A stretch of DNA of 63,578 bases, the filler included, from Octopus bimaculoides (Eukaryota), in NCBI RefSeq assembly GCF_001194135.2. It is 4 parts of 4 records of this genome, joined end to end, with 100 filler letters (N's around TTAATTAATTAA, not from the genome) between each part and the next. Parts side by side here need not be neighbours in the genome. Positions count along the whole stretch, not along the records: positions 1 to 29,278 come from NC_069000.1; 3 more parts are not named here. One strand, given 5' to 3'. This document shows, one piece after another, positions 12,192-22,034 of the stretch. The position numbers were made by a program, and so were the translations under genes. The stretch's first letter is position 1, and each line of letters begins with the position of its first letter. The notes under the pieces are model-generated. The model was not told where the DNA came from, searched no databases, and worked only from the letters and a program-made list of their open reading frames with translations.

Positions 12192-12486
12192 TTCTAAGTA
12201 TGAATATATCTTACTGTCCTATAGATCTAGAGTAGTGTTGCGCGGCACACTGATGGGCCACGAGACGATGCTAGGTGTTCTACAGTGTGGCCTGAATATA
12301 ATTTTTGCCCCTATAAGTTTCGTTATATTTTTAGTTCAGGTGTACCGCCGAATTTTGAAAAGAATATAAGTGTGCCGCATGTGAAAAAAGGTTGCGGAGC
12401 ACTGGTATTGAGCCAACCTCGAGTAAAATATTCCGCTATCAAATCTTTTATGTCGCATATCAGAACGTCTAAAAGAATGAAAGAAT

Positions 12487-12517
<31 letters not shown>

Positions 12518-13063
12518 GATGACGAAGCTGGGTGAGAAGATAGATATGTGGGTGGCTGAGTGACTGGGTAGCTACACTCACTCAACCATGCGACCACCCA
12601 ACCTGGTTGTGTGAATGGGTAGGTGAGTGATTGGGCCGAGTGAGTGAATGATTGAGTGGAAGAATATATGGCTGTATGACAGATGACTAGTTAGGTGGAC
12701 AGGTACATAGGTGAATGAAAGAATGTGTGAGTGGATGGGTGGAGGGGGGAGAGTGGAATTGTCGCTCAGCGGGACGGAGTGGGGGTGGTTAGATATGTTC
12801 GTTGGTGTTTAACAACGATGATGATAATGATGACAACGATGGTGATGATGTTGACAACGACGACGATGATGATGACAACAATGACGATGATGACGGTGTC
12901 GACGACGACGACGACGACGACGATGAAAACAACAGCGACAAAGACGACGATGATGACGAAAACGACAACAATGATGACGACAACAATGATGACGATGTTG
13001 ACGACGATGACTACGAGAAATGGGAAGTGAGTATTATTGTTTTTTTCTGAAGAATGATCTTAC

Positions 13064-13371
13064 CTCTACGATAAGATCAGTGAACGGCCGAGTGATCACC
13101 TGCAGCAGTTCAATACGATCGAATTTCGTGTTACCTGAGATGCCATCCATAATGGCACCTGTAAGTCGGTAGAGGTAACCGCTAGCAGCCTCCAACGGCA
13201 ACAAGATTAGCACCGTTAACCAGTTAAACATATCCAAGATGGTGGCGGCGGCGAAAGCTCGGCGAAACTCGTTCCGATCGCCTGCTTGAGCTAAAGAAAC
13301 GATGGTGTTTGTAATTGAGGTACCGATATTGGCGCCCATCACTAGTGGAATCGTTGCTTTGACGCTGATAA
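13064..13371 (-). CDS. SLC34A: SLC34 internal exon
   Basis: tatttccag|TT ATC AGC...ATC GTA GAG|gtaaga, 308 bp, phase 1-0. Reads ISVKATIPLVMGANIGTSITNTIVSLAQAGDRNEFRRAFAAATILDMFNWLTVLILLPLE...ITRPFTDLIVE. Confidence 0.97.
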
Positions 13372-13439
13372 CTGGAAATATAAAGTAAAATCTATAATTA
13401 AAACAATCAGATCGAAACATCGTACAAATGTAAATACTG

Positions 13440-13630
13440 GTTGCAAATTTTGGCACAAGGCCAGCAATTTCTGGGGAGGGTGCAAGTCGATTACATTGAC
13501 CCAGTAGTCAACTGGTACTTATTTTATCGACCCAGAAACGATAAAAGGCAAAACTGACCTGGGCAGAATTTGAACTCAGAACGTAAAGACGGACCAAATA
13601 CCGTACTAACGGTTCTGCCAGCTCGTCACC
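13440..13630 (-). mobile_element. SINE family B copy
   Basis: Reverse complement of gagctggcagaaccgttagtac...tttacgttctgagttcaaattctgcc...ttttgcctttt...aagtaccagttgac...aatcgact. Confidence 0.8.
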
Positions 13631-14789
13631 TTAGTATAATTGTAAATGCTAATAAAAGTTAACAGTATCGTTACAGTGTGGGAGAAAACGCCTACAATAA
13701 ATAATAATAACGGCCATAGTGCCGGATGCATCCAAAATCTGAAGAAATACAAAATGGAACACGCGTTGAGTCTATATAACAGTCAGCGTCACTCGACGCT
13801 GTGCCGCCGCCCCCATTTACAATGCTTGGAATTTGGTTCGATCCAGACTCTCAGCTGAATATGAACGTGAAGCTACGAGCAGAAGGATCGTTCTCGCAGT
13901 GGTGGCGAAAGCATACGGCAAAGACCCCCACTGGTCATGAATGACCATGAGATTGTATCTAGAAAGTTCCCCTCAGAGGCACAAGTCCAGGCAAAGTTGT
14001 TTGTGGAAGACCAGCCAACAAGCAGCCATGCGTACTAACCTCCCCTCTCCACGCCACCGATGTTATCCAAGGGAAAGGCAAAGGGGGCCGATACAGTTTG
14101 TCACCAGTGACATCAGAACTCATTTCTACAGCTGAGTGAATTGGAGCAACGTGAAATAAAGTGTCTTGCCCAAGAACACAATACATCGCCCGGCCCGGGA
14201 ATCAAATTCACAACCTCATGATTGTAAGCCAGACACTCTAATCACTGATTCTTACTCCTTCACTGGCGAATGCATACAAAGCCTCTTTGATTTATTATTG
14301 TCTGATCGTCATGTCTTACCTCAGTTTTTATCTAGCCAGATTGGAAAGTTTTCTGTTTTGTTTAATATGGAAGGGACACGTTCTATTTGCCAGAAGATAC
14401 ATTCCCTGCGATTACCCTTTGCGTAGTGGAGGTTGTGTCTGATGGCGCGCATGCACCGATACTGCGGCATTTGAAGGTTGAATTTTGTCAGGCTTCTCTT
14501 CCTGTAGCTCGTCTGTATGTCCGAGCTGTTATTCTAAATGAAACGAAAATCCAAATAAAATGGAACTGGAATCAGAAATATCCTCAGGCGCTCTTTGCTC
14601 TTCTACCCATCAGGTGAGTAAAGCTTGGACACGATGGGTCCGTCGCTCTGTACTTAACTGGGACTGACATATCTCATAGCATGGACACGGAGTCCGTAGA
14701 TTTAATTAATATTGAACTGGTAATGCTAATTTTTAGCATGACCAAATTCTATTGCCAGACCATCCAGTCCAGAAGACTTGCTTACTTTA

Positions 14790-14985
14790 TCGCTTTTGAC
14801 AGTCCATCAAAGGTGACAGCAGCATCGATCCAAGATATTCATCCGCATCCATCAACAGCACATTGTTTCTCATGAGAACGGACGTGGCTGACAAGACCCG
14901 TACGAGATGAAAAGATCCTGTAGCACTGTGAGCACTGAAAGTGTCCCCAAACAACAGTTGTAGAGATTTGAAGCCCTTCCCTCAC
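14790..14985 (-). mobile_element. RTE-clade LINE 3' end
   Basis: CSQCYRIFSSRTGLVSHVRSH (C2H2 finger typical of RTE ORF ends), then a short 3' UTR ending in an aagt-like tail. Confidence 0.65.
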
Positions 14986-14989
14986 AAGA

Positions 14990-15560
14990 TAATCCATTAA
15001 AATAATCTTACCGTAGTCGTTTTTAATACCAGCTTCTGGCTGGTGAGGATGGAACCACAATTCACCTACTTTCAATCCAGATTTCCTACCAGCCCTCGCC
15101 CCTCCACTTAGTCTATCTTTTCTGCATCGTCTTTTAAGTCTTCTTAACCTTCTTTCAGTCCCATCTTACTACAATGCCTTCAAGATGATTGACACTTACG
15201 TCCACTTTACCATACATTCGACACTTATTAACTCGGTGGCTTCTGTCAATTTTTGTTTTAACAAGGTTAGTTCTAATCGCTTGTTCTTGTGCAGTCATGA
15301 TAAGGGTCGCGATTTCTGTTTACAGTTTTACAACTATCTCTCAGTCAAACTCATAACTCCTCTCCTCCTATGTCCTCTCTTTACCTGACAAACTGCCTAT
15401 GTAACACTTTTTTCCCCGTCCTGTTTTCAATCGTTTCCCTTCTTTTGTTTGTAATCCTTTATTCTAAGTGCTTAACATTGATCTCCCTGGTTGTAGTTAT
15501 AAAGTCTCATCACTTCTCCTAATGCACTTCTCTACCTTTATAATTGCTAAGTACATTGAG
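14990..15560 (-). mobile_element. R4/Dong-clade non-LTR retrotransposon fragment (post-RT, CCHC region)
   Basis: Fragments IMTAQEQAIRTNLVKTKIDRSHRVNKCRMYG...VNH and WFHPHQPEAGIKNDYGKII match R4-type AQEQAI-TN...CR-C...H and WY-H-PE---EN---KILWD motifs. Confidence 0.7.
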
Positions 15561-15806
15561 ACGGTACACAGTACATTACGTGACCCCTTCAATTTCACAC
15601 TTTTCTCGAGTTCCTAAACCACCGATTCCTTAATTTTCTCGGGCTATTAACGCACCAAATTTTTAATGCATCTGTTCTCTACGTAGCCAGTGCCGCCCCA
15701 AAGGCATGTCGAAGAGAGCGTTAGGCTTTGGGAGGAGGTGAAGTGGCGGTAAGATAACACAATTAACATACTAAATTTTGCCTATAGTAGTTATTATATT
15801 ATACAA

Positions 15807-15852
<46 letters not shown>

Positions 15853-15881
15853 NNNNNNNNNNTATATATGTATATGTATAT

Positions 15882-15931
<50 letters not shown>

Positions 15932-16098
15932 GCATGCACACACATATACATACATATTCACACACACACACACACACACATACATGCATTGTGTGTGTGT
16001 GATAGAGATAAGCAACAAACAAGATGGTACAGTTCTATATTTAAGAGATGAGTAATTATGTACATTATTTGCATTATTTACATTTGACGGATATTTGT

Positions 16099-16321
16099 AT
16101 GGCCTAGTGGTTAGAGTGTTACTTCCAGCTGGATTGTGGGTTCAATTCCCGGGCTGGGCAGCTCATAGTTCACCTTGCTCTGTGATCATTTTGGCATCTT
16201 GTGCACCTGTCCAGGTAAAAAGCAACATTGATTTGATGGAGGGAATGAGCTAATGTTGTACCACAAAGCTGTCATCATTATAAACAAAAGATTTGTGTAG
16301 GTTGTTGAGCAAGAACTGAAC
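16099..16321 (+). mobile_element. tRNA-derived SINE flanked by a 37-bp duplication
   Basis: A box tggcctagtgg, B box ggttcaattcc. The 37-mer at 16062-16098 is repeated at 16322-16358 with one mismatch. Confidence 0.8.
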
Positions 16322-16472
16322 ACATTATTTACATTATTTACATTTGACGGATATTTGTCCTCATCTTGTTTGTTGTTAACACAACATTTCGGCTGATATA
16401 GCCTCCAGCCTTCTTCAGGTGTCTTGGGGAAATTTCAAACCTGGGTTCTCATTTCTAAGGTATTTTTCGATA

Positions 16473-16526
<54 letters not shown>

Positions 16527-16669
16527 TCACTGGAATCTTGGGGTTAATAGCCCGCGCTCTTAACCACTACGCTATATGCCCACGGGTTTATCAGCCGAAA
16601 CGTTGTGTTAACAAACAAGATGAGGACAAATATCCGTCAAATGTAAATAATGTAAATAATGTACATAAT
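16322..16669 (-). mobile_element. Penelope-derived short element (tRNA-like head, (AAT)n, hammerhead-like motif, tail) plus inverted truncated copy
   Basis: 16322-16586 on minus is colinear with 41645-41900 on plus. 16589-16669 is a plus-strand copy of its 3' part, so the two form an inverted pair. Confidence 0.8.
16378..16424 (-). ncRNA. Minimal type-I hammerhead ribozyme-like motif
   Basis: AGACAC CTGAAGA A GGCTG-GAGGCTATAT-CAGCC GAA AT GT T GTGTT: stem I, CUGANGA core, 5-bp stem II, GAAA and loop-less stem III. One C>T change at 15.2 relative to the copy at 16589. Confidence 0.55.
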
Positions 16670-17682
16670 AAACAAGATCGTATTTCGGATAATTCATTAA
16701 GTACCTATCGATAATAAATAATCGATCAGTTACAAATCATACCCCCCCCCCCCCNNNNNNNNNNNNNNNNNNNNNNNNNGTAATTTACTGAGTCGACAAA
16801 ACAGGATTGTACAATAAATACCAAACTTAAAACTAAACACTGGAGCGGGGTGGAGTCGACACATTCGACCAAATCCTTCAGTGTGGTGCTCCAGCATGGC
16901 CGCAGTTCAATAACTAAAGCAAATAATAACATAGTTGGCGAATTGGCAGAGGCGTAGGAATGTTTGCTTGAATACCTTGTGGTGTTTGTTTCTATTCTCT
17001 ACACTCTGAGTTCAAATCCCACCGAAGCCAACTTTGCACTTTCATGCTTTTGAGATATTTTAAAACTGTACCAATCCAGAACATTGAGTTAGCGGAACCG
17101 GAAGAACGTCTGACCATGTGTCTTGTGGTAATTGCTCCAGATCTTTACGTTCTGAGTTCAAATCACGCCATGGTTTTTGTGGGTCATAGACTTAATCCGT
17201 TTTTATTGTACATATATGTACGTGTATCTCTGTCAGTCTGTCTCTCTCTCGATATATATATAGTGTATATATATACATGTATATATATATATATATACAC
17301 TATATATTATATATATATATATAAATTTATGAAACTAAATTTTTATATAAATTCTGCATACACTAACGGATTTCCACATGTATATCCAGTAAGAGGAGAA
17401 ACCCCGCTGTATGATGGCCTATGGTAGCCGATAACCGTATAGGAGCTTTGAAGTGTATACTATGAAGTTATTAACCAGATGGTAATATATATATACATAT
17501 ATCTATATACGCACACACACATATGTATGTAAATGTGTGTGTGTATAGATATATATATAGTGTGTGTGTTTGTGGTGTTGTTGGTGTTGGAATTGGTCGG
17601 TGGTGGTGGTGGTGGTGGTGGGCTGGGGGGCGTTGAATATGAATTTATAAAAAGAAAAAAATTGTTATTGAAAGTTACCTAC

Positions 17683-17826
17683 TTTTTGATGCCACCATGG
17701 ATACCATGATCGACGTGGAAGTAGATGAGCTTTGTACCAATACTGTGAATAACACACCGATCATTAATCCGGCAACTGGATTCGATACCATTTCACTTTG
17801 ACTGATCGCTTTTCCGGCACCTTTTC
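17683..17826 (-). CDS. SLC34A: SLC34 internal exon (first QSSS repeat)
   Basis: ttttacag|GA AAA GGT...TCA AAA A|gtaggt, 144 bp, phase 1-1. Reads [48 protein letters not shown]. Confidence 0.96.
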
Positions 17827-18016
17827 CTGTAAAACAAATGGAGAAGATAGCAATAATTACTACGGAACTGTTAGAAATAACTGCCAAAGTGACAATATCC
17901 CTCTCTCTACATTTTTTTCGTGTTGCACTTTATGACGAATGTAAAAATTTCGAAACGTCAATTAAACTTATGAAATCATCTTACGAATACTTTGAATGTA
18001 TATAAACTTGACATAC

Positions 18017-18145
18017 CTCCTATTAAACGGAATGCTGAGCTGAGAAAATCTAGGGAACAAACGAAGAGATAGAAGAAACAAGTAAGGAGAATGACTTTGC
18101 CGATGGCGGTGAAGATTCGCAAACATTTCTTCTTGGAATCGAGTT
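18017..18145 (-). CDS. SLC34A: SLC34 internal exon (TM1)
   Basis: tttacag|AA CTC GAT...ATA GGA G|gtatgt, 129 bp, phase 1-1. Reads ELDSKKKCLRIFTAIGKVILLTCFFYLFVCSLDFLSSAFRLIG. Confidence 0.96.
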
Positions 18146-18206
18146 CTGTAAATAGAGAAAAATCATTTGTTAACAGAGAGAAATATGTGTCTATGCTTGC
18201 AATGGA

Positions 18207-18655
18207 GGTGCGTATCTGTGTGTGTGTGTGTGTGTGTGTGCGTATGTATGTATGTATGTATGTATTATGTATGTATGTACACACACACACAACTTATATA
18301 TACACACAGATATACACACATACACAGACACACATACACATACACAAACGTATACACACACTCAAACATACACACATACACACACATGTACACACACATA
18401 CACGCACAGAAATACACATACACTCAAACATACACACAAACATACACACACATACATATACACACACATGCACACATATATACACATACACAAACAAATA
18501 TGCACACACGCATAGACATATACACATATGCATGCGCACAAATATACACATACACACAAACACAAATATACAAACATACACACACACAAATATACGCACA
18601 CATACACCCACACACAAATACACACACATATACATACACATACACCCACACACAA

Positions 18656-18691
<36 letters not shown>

Positions 18692-18701
18692 NNNNNNNNN
18701 N

Positions 18702-18745
<44 letters not shown>
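18207..18745. repeat. Compound (GT)/(TATG)/(CA)-rich microsatellite
   Basis: Direct inspection. It explains the long His/Thr and Val/Cys ORFs here. Confidence 0.95.
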
Positions 18746-18746
<1 letters not shown>

Positions 18747-18943
18747 TGCACATCTCCACCGACTAAATTCACTAACGAGGTATTGGTCGGTATGGGTTTG
18801 TAGTAGAACAATTTTCGCTAAAATAAAAAACCTGTTTTGCAGTTTCTTAATATCCGTTGCGTACATTTACTTTGGCCGAACTCCACCCCTGTATCAAGTG
18901 ACAACGTTATCAAGCCCAACTATTTCTAAACATTGTATGCATA

Positions 18944-19110
18944 AGCGCAGGCGTGGCTGTGTGGTAAGAAGCTTGCTTCCTAACTCCACATGATTCCGGG
19001 TTCAGTCCCACTGCGAGGCACCTTGGGCAAGTGTCTTCTACTAAAGCCAAGGACCGACCAAAGCTTTGTGAGTGGATTTGCTAGACGGAAACTGAAAGAA
19101 GCTCGTCATA
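18944..19110 (+). mobile_element. SINE family A 5' half
   Basis: gcgcaggcgtggctgtgtggtaagaagcttgcttcc...ccgggttcagtcccactgcg...gaaactgaaagaagctcgtc. Further copies at 19841-19995, 22232-22645, 30588-31020, 31462-31822, 36343-36770, 39333-39483 (-) and 52231-52333. Confidence 0.85.
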
Positions 19111-19344
19111 TATATATATATATATATATATATANNNNNNNNNNCCTGCGAGACTTATATCGTGAAATCAGCAAAAAAGAGTAAAGAGTTCAGTGAACTT
19201 GCCGTGAGGAGTGGAAAATTCAACGTTTCGGATACAGTTCTTCTTCAGAAAAAATTGAAGGGAGAAAAGTTAATGAGAGTTTTACGTCCTCAAAGTTAAG
19301 AAAACTGGACTAGATGCAACTGATATGAAACGCAAACTCACGTA

Positions 19345-19382
<38 letters not shown>

Positions 19383-19787
19383 TGGCCGGGGTATATGTGT
19401 GTGTGTATGTGCGCGCGCGCACGCGTAAATATCCAAGAAAGCAGAAGATCGTCATTATCTCGAATATAAAACAAACTGTTATATCAGTACAAGATTTCAG
19501 TGTGGAGAATCAACGGTTCAGATCATATATTTTTCGTCTGATGTTTATTCCAAGAAATATCCTCAGGTTGTAACAGAATGCTGTAAACTGACCTATATCG
19601 AACGCATTAAATATTCGTCCGATCGCCATATTGATTTCTCCTCCACTTTGTTTGTAGTTTCGTCGTGTGCCATCTCGCTTATATGCACTACACTGTCTGT
19701 ACTATATGTCTGTGTGTCCCGCTCTCTCTTTCTGTAGTATACATGCACGCACTCGCACCCACATACGCGTATGTATGTATATATATT

Positions 19788-19837
<50 letters not shown>

Positions 19838-20375
19838 TATGGCTGTGTGATAAGTAGCTTGCTTACCAATCACATGGTTCCGGGTTCATTCCCACTGCGT
19901 GGCACATTGGGCAAGTGTCTTCTACTATAGCCTCGGAACGACCAAAGCCTTGTGAGTGGATTTGGTAGACGGAAACTGAAAGAAGCCTGTCGTATNNNNN
20001 NNNNNNNNNNNNNNNNNNNNNNNNNNNNNNNNNNNNNNNNNNNNNNNNNNNNNNNNNNNNNNNNNNNNNNNNNNNNNNNNNNNNNNNNNNNNNNNNNNNN
20101 NNNNNNNNNNNNNNNNNNNNNNNNNNNNNNNNNNNNNNNNNNNNNNNNNNNNNNNNNNNNNNNNNNNNNNNNNNNNNNNNNNNNNNNNNNNNNNNNNNNN
20201 NNNNNNNNNNNNNNNNNNNNNNNNNNNNNNNNNNNNNNNNNNNNNNNNNNNNNNNNNNNNNNNNNNNNNNNNNNNNNNNNNNNNNNNNNNNNNNNNNNNN
20301 NNNNNNNNNNNNNNNNNNNNNNNNNNNNNNNNNNNNNNNNNNNNNNNNNNNNNNNNNNNNNNNNNNNNNNNNNNN

Positions 20376-20415
<40 letters not shown>

Positions 20416-20582
20416 TAAAACCCCACCTCACCTCACACAAACATGTGTATATAAAATGAGATTCGGGATCAGTGTGTGGGGCTCACCTTTATGTTGACTC
20501 TATCTTGTTTACTTTGGCGATTTTTAATGGAATACTTTATAAAGAAACACGGAGTCCAGCTCAACGTATTTTTGTGATGTAT

Positions 20583-20710
20583 AGAAGGAAGGAACGAAGG
20601 AAGGATGGAAGGATAGAAGGAAGGAAGGAAGGAAGAAAGGAAGAAAGAAAGGAAGAAAGGAAGGAAGGAAGGAAGGAAGGAAGGAAGAAAGGAAAGAAGA
20701 AAGGAAGGAA
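20583..20710. repeat. (GAAG)n/(GAAA)n polypurine microsatellite abutting an SLC34 donor site
   Basis: Direct inspection. Confidence 0.95.
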
Positions 20711-20728
20711 ATCCAAATTTCTTCTCAC

Positions 20729-20918
20729 CTGACCATTTTGGAGAATCGTCAACTAAGTCGGGTGTGTTCCAGGGATCATCTTCCACTCTTGTGTCTTCCA
20801 CAGAGTCTCGGTGGTTTTCATTGTTTCCGATATGACTGTTGGTGGTGTGGTTGTTCTCCACGACAGCCGGATGGCTGTGTGTCACGTTATTGGAATCACG
20901 TAATAGCTTGAAACGTCC
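20729..20918 (-). CDS. SLC34A: SLC34 most upstream visible coding exon (N-terminal cytoplasmic region)
   Basis: ttctttctttag|GGA CGT...TGG TCA G|gtgaga, 190 bp, phase 0-1. Ends EDDPWNTPDLVDDSPKWS, matching the NaPi-II DDPW-LP-L-D---KWSE motif. It has no ATG, so a further 5' exon is required. Confidence 0.9.
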
Positions 20919-21096
20919 CTAAAGAAAGAAAGCACAATAAATAAATAAATAAATAAATAACAGACGAATAAATAAATAAATAACAGACGAATGAAATTAG
21001 TGGTTGTGCTAGTAGTGGCGTTGGTGGTGATGGTGTTGGAGGTGGTGGTAGTGGTTCCATTCATGTACTCTTAGGATCAATAACAATACTGAGAGC

Positions 21097-21344
21097 AGCG
21101 CTGGATTAACCATCAAGCAAAATAATCACATGCTTAGGGCACCAAAGGAGGGGGGGCACCACAGAAATGGTAAATGGTTTACGGCACAAAAGAAATCACT
21201 TTAAACTTTGCTAAAATAATATTCGGGATGCCTTTATCTCTACTAAGTATAGATGCAGATGTGTTACCTAAGATTAATTTTGAGGATCTGATCAAAGATT
21301 TTGCAATTGAAAAAAGTAGGAGGAAACTTTTCAAATATAAATAA
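21097..21344 (+). mobile_element. Internally deleted hAT derivative (terminal sequence plus transposase C-terminus)
   Basis: cagcgctggattaacc...ttagggcacc resembles hAT-MITE ends. 21234-21344 reads LSLLSIDADVLPKINFEDLIKDFAIEKSRRKLFKYK*, the end of a ZMYM1/Tip100-like hAT dimerisation domain. Confidence 0.65.
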
Positions 21345-22001
21345 AGTGGAAGTATACAAAAATAAACTTTATTATCCCTCTGACTGTTTTGTTTCGTTTA
21401 GAAAAATAAGAATTGATTTTATCGTTTGTTATTGTTTATATTTTAAGAATTACATAATCTTTTATGGGAGNNNNNNNNNNNNNNNNNNNNNNNNNNNNNN
21501 NNNNNNNNNNNNNNNNNNNNNNNNNNNNNNNNNNNNNNNNNNNNNNNNNNNNNNNNNNNNNNNNNNNNNNNNNNNNNNNNNNNNNNNNNNNNNNNNNNNN
21601 NNNNNNNNNNNNNNNNNNNNNNNNNNNNNNNNNNNNNNNNNNNNNNNNNNNNNNNNNNNNNNNNNNNNNNNNNNNNNNNNNNNNNNNNNNNNNNNNNNNN
21701 NNNNNNNNNNNNNNNNNNNNNNNNNNNNNNNNNNNNNNNNNNNNNNNNNNNNNNNNNNNNNNNNNNNNNNNNNNNNNNNNNNNNNNNNNNNNNNNNNNNN
21801 NNNNNNNNNNNNNNNNNNNNNNNNNNNNNNNNNNNNNNNNNNNNNNNNNNNNNNNNNNNNNNNNNNNNNNNNNNNNNNNNNNNNNNNNNNNNNNNNNNNN
21901 NNNNNNNNNNNNNNNNNNNNNNNNNNNNNNNNNNNNNNNNNNNNNNNNNNNNNNNNNNNNNNNNNNNNNNNNNNNNNNNNNNNNNNNNNNNNNNNNNNNN
22001 N

Positions 22002-22034
<33 letters not shown>

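Noticed and set aside
12802-13050. Poly-Asp ORF with a GAA|gtgagt donor, resembling an acidic biomineralisation protein
   Set aside because: Degenerate (GAT/GAC/AAC)n repeat inside an SLC34 intron, with no signal peptide or acceptor.
17677-17682. Alternative SLC34 donor AG|GTAACT
   Set aside because: It adds 4 nt and shifts the frame of the conserved GANIG exon; the gtaggt donor gives the correct alignment.
17405-17960. Further hammerhead-like strings (17407-17445, 17930-17960, also 27722-27760)
   Set aside because: Core or stem II is too degenerate; at best decayed Penelope remnants.
18091-18993. 300-aa His/Thr/Tyr-rich ORF and its Val/Cys antisense mates
   Set aside because: Translation of a compound (CA)n microsatellite.
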